Below are positions 38,375 to 47,649 of a stretch of DNA of 64,000 nucleotides, piece after piece; within the stretch, counting starts at the first letter, position 1; each line of letters starts with the position of its first letter. The stretch is from an uncultured Dokdonella sp. (GTDB taxonomy: Bacteria; Pseudomonadota; Gammaproteobacteria; Xanthomonadales; Rhodanobacteraceae), in assembly GCA_964390215.1 (NCBI GenBank), contig CAYMHF010000006.1, forward strand, positions 2,509 through 66,508, in the 5' to 3' direction. Below the pieces are notes generated by a model. The model did no database searches and was not told where the DNA came from. It saw only the letters and a list, made by a program, of their open reading frames with translations. Position numbers and translations under genes: made by a program.

Positions 38375-39568
38375 ATGAGCATCCAGGACATCGTCGTTGT
38401 CGGCGGAGGAATTGGCGGCACCATGACCGCCAACAACCTTGTCGCCAAACTGCTGCCGGAGATTCGTGCCGGCAAGGCACGCGTCAGTCTGATCTCCAAC
38501 AGTCCATGGCACTACTACAAGCCGGCCTTCATGTACGTGGCGTTCGGCATGTTCTACAAGAACGAACTGCGTCGACGCTTGCACACGCTGCTGCGACCGG
38601 AAGTGAACCTGCTGCTGGACGAGGTGCAGGGGTTTGATTTCAAGGACAGCCGTCTGCGCCTGGCTTCGGGCAAGGATCACCGTTACGACTATCTGGTCGT
38701 CTCAACCGGCTGCATTCCCTCGCCCGAGCGCATTCCCGGGTTGAAGGAAGCCGGTGATCATTTCTATCAACACGATCCGGCCATGCAGCTTTATCACAAG
38801 CTGCGCACCATCGAGAAAGGCCGCATCTTCATCGGCGTGACCTTTCCGCAGACGCCCAACGTGCCGCACCAGTGCGGCATCGCGCCGATGGAAACCACGC
38901 TGATGCTGGATGATTTCCTGCGCAAGCGCGGTGTGCGCGACCAGATCGAGATCGTCTATACCTATCCGACCGTCTCGCAACTGTTGCGCAACTGCCTGTT
39001 CCTGCAACGACCGGTTGGCGAAGTGCTGCCGACCGTGTTCGAGTCGAAGGGCATCAAGCACCAGCGCGGCTTCACCCTTTCGCGGGTCGATGCCGAAGCC
39101 AAGGTGGCCTACTCGGAAGAGGGCGAGTCCACTGAATTCGACATCCTCATGCAGACCCCGCCGATCCGTGCGGTCGACGCGGTGCTCAACTCGGGCATCT
39201 CCCAGGCCCCCAACAACGAGGGCTGGTTGCCGACGGATCGCGAGAGCCTGCAGTTGGAAGGATTCGCCAACGTGTTCGTGATGGGCGATACCGTCGATCT
39301 GCCGATCAGCAAAGCTGGCGGCAGTTGCCACAACCAGTCGCCGGTGATCTGCGACAACATTGCCGGATTGATGCGCGTGGGCAATACCGTGGCCGCGTAT
39401 GACGGCAAGGTGCAGGCAATCGCGCAGATGGGTCTCGATGCCGGCATGCCACTCTGGTACGACTACGATTCCGATGTGATACCGACACCGGCGACCAAGA
39501 TTGGCGGCCTGATGCGCAAGGCATTCAATCGCGGCGTGTATTGGTCCGTAGCCCGCGGCGTGGTTTGA
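38375..39568 (+). CDS. Sulfide:quinone oxidoreductase-like flavoprotein (type III-like)
   Basis: VVVGGGIGG, HYYKPAF, HQCGIAPME, GDTVDLPISKAG, YDGK. Confidence 0.8.
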   Translation: MSIQDIVVVGGGIGGTMTANNLVAKLLPEIRAGKARVSLISNSPWHYYKPAFMYVAFGMFYKNELRRRLHTLLRPEVNLLLDEVQGFDFKDSRLRLASGKDHRYDYLVVSTGCIPSPERIPGLKEAGDHFYQHDPAMQLYHKLRTIEKGRIFIGVTFPQTPNVPHQCGIAPMETTLMLDDFLRKRGVRDQIEIVYTYPTVSQLLRNCLFLQRPVGEVLPTVFESKGIKHQRGFTLSRVDAEAKVAYSEEGESTEFDILMQTPPIRAVDAVLNSGISQAPNNEGWLPTDRESLQLEGFANVFVMGDTVDLPISKAGGSCHNQSPVICDNIAGLMRVGNTVAAYDGKVQAIAQMGLDAGMPLWYDYDSDVIPTPATKIGGLMRKAFNRGVYWSVARGVV

Positions 39569-39582
39569 ACAAGGAGAACAAC

Positions 39583-40023
39583 ATGACTACCGAAATGACC
39601 CAGAACACGTCGTTTGATGCGCTGCTGCGCAGCAACCCGCAGTTGAATGATCCGGCTACGGTGCAAGGCATTGCCGATCTGGTCGGCAAGCTTGCGCCAC
39701 TGCTGCAAGGCCAGCGCTTGCACAATCTGGTTGATCTGCTGTCGGCAGTATCGGATGTCGTCGACATGGCCGATGACGCGATGATCCAGAAGTTGATGAA
39801 GGGCTACGAAAACGTCGTCGCAGGCGCATTCAACATCAGTAATGCGATGGACTATGCCATTGCCCAGGCGGGTGCGGAAAAAGAGCCGCCCACCTTGTGG
39901 CAGGCGCTGCGGCGACTCAATCGCGATGACGATGCACGCCGTGGGCTGGCGATGGCGCTGTCCATGCTTGGCCTGCTCGGCCGACAGGCGCGCGAGGGAG
40001 CAGCCGTCCTGCCGGACGATTGA
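39583..40023 (+). CDS. DUF1641-like helical protein
   Basis: PPTLWQALRRLNRDDDARRGL; AAGGAG RBS; usual partner of SQR-like genes. Confidence 0.75.
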   Translation: MTTEMTQNTSFDALLRSNPQLNDPATVQGIADLVGKLAPLLQGQRLHNLVDLLSAVSDVVDMADDAMIQKLMKGYENVVAGAFNISNAMDYAIAQAGAEKEPPTLWQALRRLNRDDDARRGLAMALSMLGLLGRQAREGAAVLPDD

Positions 40024-40165
40024 AGACAAGGTTATCCGGCCCGGTCGCACACGGTTGCGGCCGGTGCCGGGTGCCGCCAATCGATAGCGGTTCGAATTCC
40101 ATTGAGCGCCTTGCTTCGACGCACACGATGCGCGGAGCAGGCGGCGGTCGGCAATTGGCGCGTTG

Positions 40166-41032
40166 TCAGCGGTCGGCGCGGGGCGTTGCGGGGAACGCCA
40201 GGGCCAACTCTTCCCATCCCAGTCGACGCGTACGGTTCAGGATCCAGAGCACGTCATGGCTGGCCCGGTCGACCGCTTCGAACAGCGGCTTGCCGGCAAG
40301 GATCCAGCCGGTCAAATGGGCGCTGAACAGGTCACCGCCGCCCTTGACCTCGCAGGCGACGCGCGGGTGGGTGAAGACTTTGTGCTGATCGCGGCTCACG
40401 GCGAGCACATGCATCTCGCTGGCACTCCAGATGCGCGGTGCGGCACTGGTCACCACGACCCACTCGGTGGCGCCGGTCAACAGGCTGCGGGCGGCGTCGA
40501 TGCAGTCATCGAGGCTGGACAGCGTGCACTCGCTGAGTTGCTCAAGTTCGAAATGATTGGGGGTCAAGCCATGCGCATGCGGCAGCAGCCGGCGCCAGGC
40601 GGAGGTCATGCGCGGGTCGACGTAGATGCCATGGTCGAAGTCGCCGATGACCGGATCGACTTGCACGCGCAACGCGGGCTGCACTACCAATGCACGCCCA
40701 AGCCAGCGGGTGATCAGTTCGATTTGTTCCGGATTGCCGAGATAGCCGACCAGAACGGTTCTGGCCCGAGCCAGTGCGTCACGTGCAATAAGGTCATCGA
40801 GATAGCCCGCGAACCAGTCCAGCGGCAGCGCTCCACCATGGATGCTGGGATAGTGCGGAGTTTTGCTCAGGATGACGCTGGGCACGGCCGCCACGCGAAG
40901 TCCAAAACCCTGCAGAGTCGGCACAGCCACGCTGTTGCCGACATGCCAGTAGAACAATTGCGACTGGATCGAGACGATGTCTATCGGCAAGCTGGCGGCT
41001 GTGTCTTGGCTAACGGATCGGGTCGTCATCAC
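40166..41032 (-). CDS. pdxK: Pyridoxal/pyridoxine kinase
   Basis: IDIVSIQSQ..HVGNS, TPHY, VDPVIGD, LTPNHFEL, KGGGDLF; some conserved residues substituted. Confidence 0.82.
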   Translation of the reverse strand: MMTTRSVSQDTAASLPIDIVSIQSQLFYWHVGNSVAVPTLQGFGLRVAAVPSVILSKTPHYPSIHGGALPLDWFAGYLDDLIARDALARARTVLVGYLGNPEQIELITRWLGRALVVQPALRVQVDPVIGDFDHGIYVDPRMTSAWRRLLPHAHGLTPNHFELEQLSECTLSSLDDCIDAARSLLTGATEWVVVTSAAPRIWSASEMHVLAVSRDQHKVFTHPRVACEVKGGGDLFSAHLTGWILAGKPLFEAVDRASHDVLWILNRTRRLGWEELALAFPATPRADR

Positions 41033-41145
41033 CAGCGATGGATCATGATGGGGTCAATGCTCAGCCTGATCCAGGGCGCAAATGGAAACAGGCGATTTCG
41101 CGCCACGCGCAAAATACCATGACGCGATCCCTGTCAATGGAAATA

Positions 41146-41728
41146 TCAGAACCACTGAATTGCCGCCAGCCCGCTCTGGGTCGGCACGCGTTCGGCTGGC
41201 ACGATCGCCACTTCGCCTCCATTGCGCAAGACCAGCTCGCCCAGATCATCGAGCACGTCGTCGGAAAGACTGACGTTGCCGTGTTGCATCGCCTGAGCGG
41301 CAGAAAATGCATTGATCAGCCGCCAGCCGATCGAGGTGGCTAGGTTGCACCAACGGCCTGGCTCGCTTACACAGTTCATCCAGTGACAATGCGGCGGAGT
41401 CGAGGTCAATGGCCACATCCAGCAGGGTCGGGTTGACCCCGACCTTGCGCAGCAGACTATGGTGCTTGGGCAGAGTCGCCAACTACAGAGGCAGGCCGCT
41501 CAATCTTGCATGATGTTCGAGAACCGCGCGATCCACGACGCGGGAGAAGTGCTCGGTGTCTGCGCTGAAGGCCGCGGGCTTCGTGCTTGCCAAGGATCTT
41601 TTCGGGGTAGTCGTTGGCGAGGATATCCATTTCTTGAAAATCCTGGGCGGTCGGGAAGCGGTGGATGGCTCATCCTCATGTCCGCGCGCGGCGTGGTGTT
41701 TCAAGCAAGACAAGAGAAGGTTGTTCAT
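41146..41728 (-). pseudogene. Fragmented eRF1-like (baeRF3-type) gene
   Basis: DTEHFSRVVDRAVLEHHARLSGLPL*LATLPKHH with in-frame stop at 41483-41485; DDVLDDLGELVLRNGGEVAIVPAERVP in another frame. Confidence 0.75.
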
Positions 41729-41833
41729 CGGGTATCCACAAGCCGCATTCAGGCGCTGCCCGCCACCTGTTCATCACCAGCGATGCGATGCTACGACCGG
41801 CTTGCCTGCACGTGCAGTGATGCGCGGTAGCGC

Positions 41834-43294
41834 TCAAGCAGCAACCAATTGCGAGTTGGGTCTGGTTGCCGTGTTGTCGTCACGCCAGTGCGCGCCGATA
41901 CTGGTCGTTCGCCGCAATGCCGCAGCAAGCAGTTGTTGTCCCAGCCGGGCCTGCCAGCCACGCGCCTGCAGGGGAGAGAGAATATCGATGCCGTGCTGCA
42001 TGCCGTGTGCCGTGCGCATCGGGCCGGCGGCGCGCCACATTACTTCGCGCAGTACCTGCAGATCTTCACGACCCAACCCCGCGCCACGCTCGACGATCAA
42101 GGGTTCGCCACCCTGGCGAATGGATTCCTGTGCGCTCAGATGGGCGCCCAGGCGACGCCCGAACACGACGCATTCGAGCAACGAATTGCTGGCCAGTCGA
42201 TTGGCGCCATGCAGTCCATTGCAGGCCACTTCGCCGACCGCGTGGAGGCCGTCAAGGCTGGTTCTTCCAAGATCGTCGGCATGCAATCCGCCCATGTGGA
42301 AATGGGCAGCCGCGCTGACCGGAATGGGCATCTGGCGCGGATCGATGCCATGACTCTGGCAAGTGGCGAACACGGTCGGGAAGGCCTGCTCCCAGTCGAT
42401 GTTCAGTCCGCGCGCATCGAGTAGGACGGAACCACCGGCCTGACTTGCCTGCCATACGCGGCGGGCGACGATGTCGCGTGGCGCGAGATCGACGAGTGGA
42501 TGCAGACCGTCCATGATCGCCTTGCCATTGCCATCGCGCAGGCGTGCGCCAGCCCCGCGCAACGCTTCGGTGACCAGCGGCAGCGAGCCTGCATCCAGAT
42601 CCAGCGCCGTGGGATGAAACTGCATGAATTCCAGATCCTGCAGACGTGCGCCGGCGGCCACCGCCAGGGCGAGGCCCGAGCCATCCGCGCCAGGTGGATT
42701 GGTAGTGCGGGCGAACAATGCGCCGATGCCGCCGGTGGCCAGCACGACCGCCGATGCCATCAGGATCTCGTTGTGTCCGCCCTGATCAAGGCGCACACCG
42801 GCAACGTGGCCATCGCGCAAGAGCAAGGCATCCACCTCGACGCCACTGCGCCAGTCGATATGCGTGGCCACGCGGACTGCGGCGCTCAGTGCGCCCATCA
42901 CGCGTGCGCCGCTGGCGTCGCCTCCGGCATGCACGATGCGGGCGCGACGATGGCCGCCTTCGCGTCCCAATTGCAGGTGCTTGCCGGCACGATCGAATTC
43001 GACGCCGTGCTCCTGCAACCATTCAATGGCCCCGGCTGCCGCAGCGGCGAGCATGCGCACGCGGCGAGGATCGTTGTGCCTGGCTCCGGCAATCAGAGTA
43101 TCCGCCACATGCGCATCGATGCTGTCACCGACGCCGATCGCGGCGGCAATGCCGCCCTGGGCCAGTGCGCTGGCACAACCAGTACCATCGGCGGCGCGGC
43201 TGAGCAGCACAACCGGTCGCGGTGCGGCCGCCAGTGCCGTGCACAGCCCGGCCATGCCGCCACCGACCACGACGATCGGCGTGTCGCTCTTCAT
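41834..43294 (-). CDS. nadB: L-aspartate oxidase
   Basis: SALAQGGIAAA, REGGH, QFHPT, TEALRG, AAHFHMGG, GLHGANRLASNSLLE. Confidence 0.95.
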   Translation of the reverse strand: MKSDTPIVVVGGGMAGLCTALAAAPRPVVLLSRAADGTGCASALAQGGIAAAIGVGDSIDAHVADTLIAGARHNDPRRVRMLAAAAAGAIEWLQEHGVEFDRAGKHLQLGREGGHRRARIVHAGGDASGARVMGALSAAVRVATHIDWRSGVEVDALLLRDGHVAGVRLDQGGHNEILMASAVVLATGGIGALFARTTNPPGADGSGLALAVAAGARLQDLEFMQFHPTALDLDAGSLPLVTEALRGAGARLRDGNGKAIMDGLHPLVDLAPRDIVARRVWQASQAGGSVLLDARGLNIDWEQAFPTVFATCQSHGIDPRQMPIPVSAAAHFHMGGLHADDLGRTSLDGLHAVGEVACNGLHGANRLASNSLLECVVFGRRLGAHLSAQESIRQGGEPLIVERGAGLGREDLQVLREVMWRAAGPMRTAHGMQHGIDILSPLQARGWQARLGQQLLAAALRRTTSIGAHWRDDNTATRPNSQLVAA

Positions 43295-44352
43295 CAAACG
43301 GATTCCTGACGGCCAATCGCCAGCATGCGTTCCAGGCTGGCGCGGGCGCGGGCGGCCACCGCTGGTGCGATGCTGATTTCGTGGCGCAGGTCGCGCAGGC
43401 AGGCGTAAATGTTCGGCAAGGTGATGCGCTTCATGTGCGGACACAGATTGCACGGCTTGATGAACTCAATTTGTGGAAACTGGTTGCGCAGGTTGTCGGC
43501 CATCGAACATTCGGTGATCATGGCCACGCGTTCGGGCCGCTCGCGCTCGAGCCAGCGTCCCATCGCCGTGGTCGAGCCGACGAAGTCCGCTTCGGCGAGT
43601 ACCTCGGGCGCACATTCCGGATGCGCCACCAGTTTTGCCTTGAACTGTTCACGTGTATGCCGGGCCTGGCGCGCGGTGAAGGTTTCGTGGACTTCGCAGG
43701 TGCCGTTCCACAGTACCAGTTCGACCCGTGTCTGCGTCGCCACCCATTGGCCGAGATAGCGATCCGGCAGAAATATCACCTTGTCGGCACCCATCGCCTC
43801 GACCACCTGGACGGCATTCGCCGACGTGCAGCAGGCATCGGACTCGGCTTTGACTTCGGCGGTGGTGTTGACATAGCTGACCACCGGTACGCCGGGGTGA
43901 CGTTCGCGCAGGCCACGCACATCGGCGGCATTGATTGACCTCGCCAGCGAACAGCCCGCTTCGGGGTCGGGAATCAGCACGCGTTTTTGCGGAGCCAGCA
44001 GCTTGGCACTTTCGGCCATGAAGTGGACTCCGCAGAGAACGATCAGCTCGCTGTCGCAATCGGTGGCGGCCTGGGCCAGGGCCAGCGAATCGCCGGTGAT
44101 GTCGGCCACGCCGTGGAAGATCTCCGGTGACTGGTAGCTGTGCGCCATGATTAGCGCACCGCGCTGGTGCTTCAGGCGCTGGATGGCATCGATCCATGGC
44201 AGGTGCATGGGAATCTCAAGGCACGGAACCATCGATTCCAGCCGATCCGACAGTGCCGCGTATTGTTCTTCAAGGCCGGGGTGCCACTGCGGTGCAGGGC
44301 AGGTGTCTGCGTCGTTCATCATCGCCATTGGATTCAGGGGCGGGGGATTCAC
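43294..44352 (-). CDS. nadA: Quinolinate synthase
   Basis: AHSYQ, CGVHFMAE, AGCSLA, YVNT, CEVH, AHPEC, CPHMKRITL; TGATG coupling to nadB; start may be 44328. Confidence 0.96.
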   Translation of the reverse strand: MNPPPLNPMAMMNDADTCPAPQWHPGLEEQYAALSDRLESMVPCLEIPMHLPWIDAIQRLKHQRGALIMAHSYQSPEIFHGVADITGDSLALAQAATDCDSELIVLCGVHFMAESAKLLAPQKRVLIPDPEAGCSLARSINAADVRGLRERHPGVPVVSYVNTTAEVKAESDACCTSANAVQVVEAMGADKVIFLPDRYLGQWVATQTRVELVLWNGTCEVHETFTARQARHTREQFKAKLVAHPECAPEVLAEADFVGSTTAMGRWLERERPERVAMITECSMADNLRNQFPQIEFIKPCNLCPHMKRITLPNIYACLRDLRHEISIAPAVAARARASLERMLAIGRQESV

Positions 44353-44454
44353 CCAGGCAGTCGTACAAGTGGGTAAAACGTAGAATTGTCAGCTCGACCA
44401 GGATGCCCAGGCCAAGCGGCGGGAAATGATGCCTTCAGCCGCAAGCGCCTGTCC

Positions 44455-44468
44455 TTGATGCAGGTCAA
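44455..44468. promoter_or_regulatory. FNR-type box upstream of nadA
   Basis: TTGAT-GCAG-GTCAA. Confidence 0.72.
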
Positions 44469-44619
44469 CAGTACTCGGTCGCTGCACGGGTGAGGGTCAT
44501 TGCTCGCGCCTGAGTTCGATCGCGTTCAGCCCGAGCACATGACGTCGATCAACTGAATTCTCGCCTCGCCCGACGACATCCGGCCGCTTGCCCAAGCCGC
44601 TGGCCACGCTTCCCCGGTG

Positions 44620-45726
44620 TCAGCCATCCGGGATAGCGAGTGACGGCTGCCGACGCAAGGCATGCCACAGCGCACGCAGCATGCCGACAAATGTCGTCAG
44701 CCAGGCACAGGCCGCCAGCAGCAGAAATACCTGCGGCAGCCAGGCGAGGAAATCAAAGCCCATTGCCAGGCGCATTTCATGGGTGCAGGCGGCGTACATG
44801 CCGAGTGGAAACACCGCACCCCAGTACAACGGATCGTAGCTGAGCGGAAAGCGCTTGTAGATGTGACGCCAGACGCCAAGCACCAGCAGCATCGGTATCC
44901 ACCAGGTGCCGGTTGCCCAGTAGAACACGGTGAATCCTTTCAGGAACGGCACCAGTGATTCGAGGAACGGGGCGTCCCTGGTGTTGACGAGCAGCAGCGA
45001 TCCGGCCAGGGTCGAGATTGCCATCGCGCCCATGTTGATCCAGTACGGCGGCGACAGATCGGCTGGCGAGAAGCGAAAGAAGGTGTAGCGATAGAAAATC
45101 AGTGACATCATCCAGATGTAGAGCATGCCGCCCCAAAGCCACATCGACAGGGCGAAGAAATTGAGCTCAAGCTTGCCGGGTTGGCCGATTCGCGCCGCCA
45201 GCAGCGCACTCAGCACAGCCAGTGACTGGGTTGCGACTACCGCCAGCAACCAGCCTCCGTTGATGCCTTCGTTGAGTGGCGGCTTGTGTTCCTTGACGGT
45301 GAGCAAGGTGAAGAACGTATAGGTCAGGGTCAGCCAGAGCAGCACGGCCAGGCCCCACAGAACCGTTGCCGCGGGGATGCTGTCGGCGAGCAGGAGCGCC
45401 TGACTGCCGAGCAGGCTGGTGGCCGCGACCAGGGTAAAGAAACCGGGACCACGCAGATGGTCGGCCATGTCGCCGAAAAAAACCTTGCGGTACCGAGCAA
45501 GGCGCAGGCCATAAAGCGTCCACAGCACTCCGTAGAACACGATATTCAGCGCAAACAGGATGCGCGCCGGCACGCCGAAGCCGAGCAGGTTGGCGGCCAA
45601 CGAGACGATGCCGGTCGACATGACCAGGCCGAAATACGCGGGCGAAAGATGCTTCAGTGCGGCCATGAAGCGCGTGGCGGATGCATCGTTGGCAGCCATG
45701 TCGTCGCTTGTGTGCCGGGTTGCCAC
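44620..45726 (-). CDS. TDT/SLAC1-family anion transporter
   Basis: PAYFGLVMSTGIVS, GGWLLAVVATQS, PPYWINMGAMAI, WGAVFPLGMY. Confidence 0.9.
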   Translation of the reverse strand: MATRHTSDDMAANDASATRFMAALKHLSPAYFGLVMSTGIVSLAANLLGFGVPARILFALNIVFYGVLWTLYGLRLARYRKVFFGDMADHLRGPGFFTLVAATSLLGSQALLLADSIPAATVLWGLAVLLWLTLTYTFFTLLTVKEHKPPLNEGINGGWLLAVVATQSLAVLSALLAARIGQPGKLELNFFALSMWLWGGMLYIWMMSLIFYRYTFFRFSPADLSPPYWINMGAMAISTLAGSLLLVNTRDAPFLESLVPFLKGFTVFYWATGTWWIPMLLVLGVWRHIYKRFPLSYDPLYWGAVFPLGMYAACTHEMRLAMGFDFLAWLPQVFLLLAACAWLTTFVGMLRALWHALRRQPSLAIPDG

Positions 45727-45739
45727 AGGCGATCCCCGT

Positions 45740-46075
45740 TCAGAATGGCAGGGTGACCTTGCCGATGTGGCCGAGGAAGAGGAAGCCCGATACGAGCACC
45801 GCGTTGAGCGCCCAGGCCACGGTCAGCCAGCGGGCGAGATAGCCCCAAGTCTCGTTCCTGACATTGAGGGCATCGATCCAGATCGTGTGCATGATCCACG
45901 CCGTGTAGAGCAGGAAGGCCAGGAACAGCCCGGCCAGCATCGGCGTGCTTGTGTCCCGGTAGAAGTACAGGATCGCACCGAAGAACAAATGGCTGAAGAC
46001 CACGCCGTAGATCCAGAATGCGACCCAAAGAGGGGTGCGCCCGCGCGGCTCGACAGGTAGCGATTGCGTATTCAT
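45740..46075 (-). CDS. Small 3-TM hypothetical protein
   Basis: GGAGG before ATG 46075; PLWVAFWIYGV, WGYLAR. Confidence 0.8.
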   Translation of the reverse strand: MNTQSLPVEPRGRTPLWVAFWIYGVVFSHLFFGAILYFYRDTSTPMLAGLFLAFLLYTAWIMHTIWIDALNVRNETWGYLARWLTVAWALNAVLVSGFLFLGHIGKVTLPF

Positions 46076-46157
46076 GGGTTCCTCCAGAAGCGCCGAAGTA
46101 ACGGATCCTGCAAATGACCGGGAAGCATGGCCGCGTGCGATTTGATGGGCGGTCTGA

Positions 46158-46571
46158 TCATGCGCGCGCCAGTTGAACCAGCTCACCTTCGCGGTTGACC
46201 GCAAGGAAACTCGCGATGCGACCTCCCTTGATCGCCTCGACCATCAGGCGCAGCGGTTGCACCGCCTCATCCGCACTGGGCGGATGACCCCCATGGCCGG
46301 GAAGCGCTGCGACAAACAGGATGTCCCAGCCGATGCCGGTATGTGCTGATTCCGCGGCGAGCGAGGCAAAATCGTGGACATCGGCGGCTGCCTTGTCGAC
46401 GCAAAGAGTCGGTGTCAGAGTGCCGCCTTCGCCTCGTTCAAAGGCCAGCTTCTCCTCGCTGCTGGCATCGCGCGGCAATTCGGCGGCGGCAAACACGAAC
46501 AGCAGGCGTTGCGGCTCGGCCTGCTCGCGCGCAGCCTTCAACAATCCTGAAAAGTCCTGCAGTGAGATCAA
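46158..46571 (-). CDS. Conserved hypothetical protein
   Basis: AAREQAEPQRLLFVFAAAELP, GEGGTLTPTLCVDK; likely TTG start at 46571. Confidence 0.8.
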   Translation of the reverse strand: MISLQDFSGLLKAAREQAEPQRLLFVFAAAELPRDASSEEKLAFERGEGGTLTPTLCVDKAAADVHDFASLAAESAHTGIGWDILFVAALPGHGGHPPSADEAVQPLRLMVEAIKGGRIASFLAVNREGELVQLARA

Positions 46572-46637
46572 GGGATCTTCCGTACTGGCAATGCGGATGA
46601 CAGAAAAGCCTGGCGCAATCAGCCGAAGCCATTCTGC

Positions 46638-46682
46638 TTGATCATGATACATCCGCTCGGAACCCGCTTTGATCTGAATCAG
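46638..46682. promoter_or_regulatory. One or two FNR-type boxes
   Basis: TTGAT-CTGA-ATCAG (46669-46682, 9/10) and TTGAT-CATG-ATACA (46638-46651, 8/10). Confidence 0.6.
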
Positions 46683-46937
46683 ATAGCCACGGCCCGCAAC
46701 AACATAGGGGATTCGCGTTCAACGCCGCATCGAATATCCCGATGGCGAAATCGCTGCGAGTGGCCGGCGCGCTGCAGGTATCGAACGAGCGGGAATCGGT
46801 GTGTGAAGCGGGCGACGGCGGCTTGCGCGCGCAAGCGCCAGCCATCTGCCTGGCGCACCAGCACAAGGATCCGCTTGCGGCATTCGCCAGGACTTGGCAG
46901 GCTGAATTCGATGGTGGCGGCAAGCCATTGTTTCAGA

Positions 46938-47014
46938 TGGCGACCCCGGCCCGATTCGAACGGGCGACCTTCCCCTTAGGAGGGGGACGCTCTATCCAGC
47001 TGAGCTACGGGGCC
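46938..47014 (-). tRNA. tRNA-Arg (CCT)
   Basis: GGCCCCG/CGGGGTC acceptor stem, TAGCTCAGCTGGATAGAGC D-arm, loop CTCCTAA, GTTCGAATC, encoded CCA; 77 nt. Confidence 0.97.
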
Positions 47015-47078
47015 GCAGCGTTGCCGCGGCCCCGGATTGTCCCATAACACCACTCGGAATCCGAGTCGTGGAATGACC

Positions 47079-47519
47079 TTACTTGAGAGTGACCGTGCCC
47101 TTCATCAGCGCCCAATGACCCGGGAACGAGCAGAAGAACGAGTACTTGCCGTCCGCAGCCAGTTTGCTGACCGGGAAGGTGATCGACGCGGTTTCGCCGG
47201 CACCAATGACCTTGGTGTGGGCAAGCACGCGTGCGTCGTCGGACTTGACGTAATCCTTGGCCAGTCCGGCCGTTGCACCGTCATTGGCGACGGCCTGCAT
47301 GTCGGCGGTCTTGGTCAGCACCCAGTTGTGGCCCATGGCCGCCTTGGGCATCTTGCCGGAATGGGTCAGGTTGACAGTGAAATCCTTGCAGGTACTTGGG
47401 ATCTCGATGGCCTTGACGTCGAACTGCATGGCGTCGTTGCCGTCGACGTCGACCGAGCACGCGGCGAATGCCGAGGACGAGGCGAGCAGAAATGAGGCCG
47501 CTATGAGTAGGTTGCGCAT
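47079..47519 (-). CDS. azu: Azurin
   Basis: Signal peptide; [26 protein letters not shown]. Confidence 0.97.
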   Translation of the reverse strand: MRNLLIAASFLLASSSAFAACSVDVDGNDAMQFDVKAIEIPSTCKDFTVNLTHSGKMPKAAMGHNWVLTKTADMQAVANDGATAGLAKDYVKSDDARVLAHTKVIGAGETASITFPVSKLAADGKYSFFCSFPGHWALMKGTVTLK

Positions 47520-47649
47520 GGGGTTGATCTCCTTGAGGGTAGGGTTTGATCGCCAGGCACCACGGCTGGTGCGGATGTCGATTCGACCATCAAGGTAGTT
47601 CCGTTCTGCTGAATCTAAAGGGAAAAGGCAGTGACGGGTTGTCGCAGGT

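Noticed and set aside
46158..46571. Ribonucleotide reductase alpha subunit, a label I recall for this family
   Set aside because: 137 aa with no RNR motifs.
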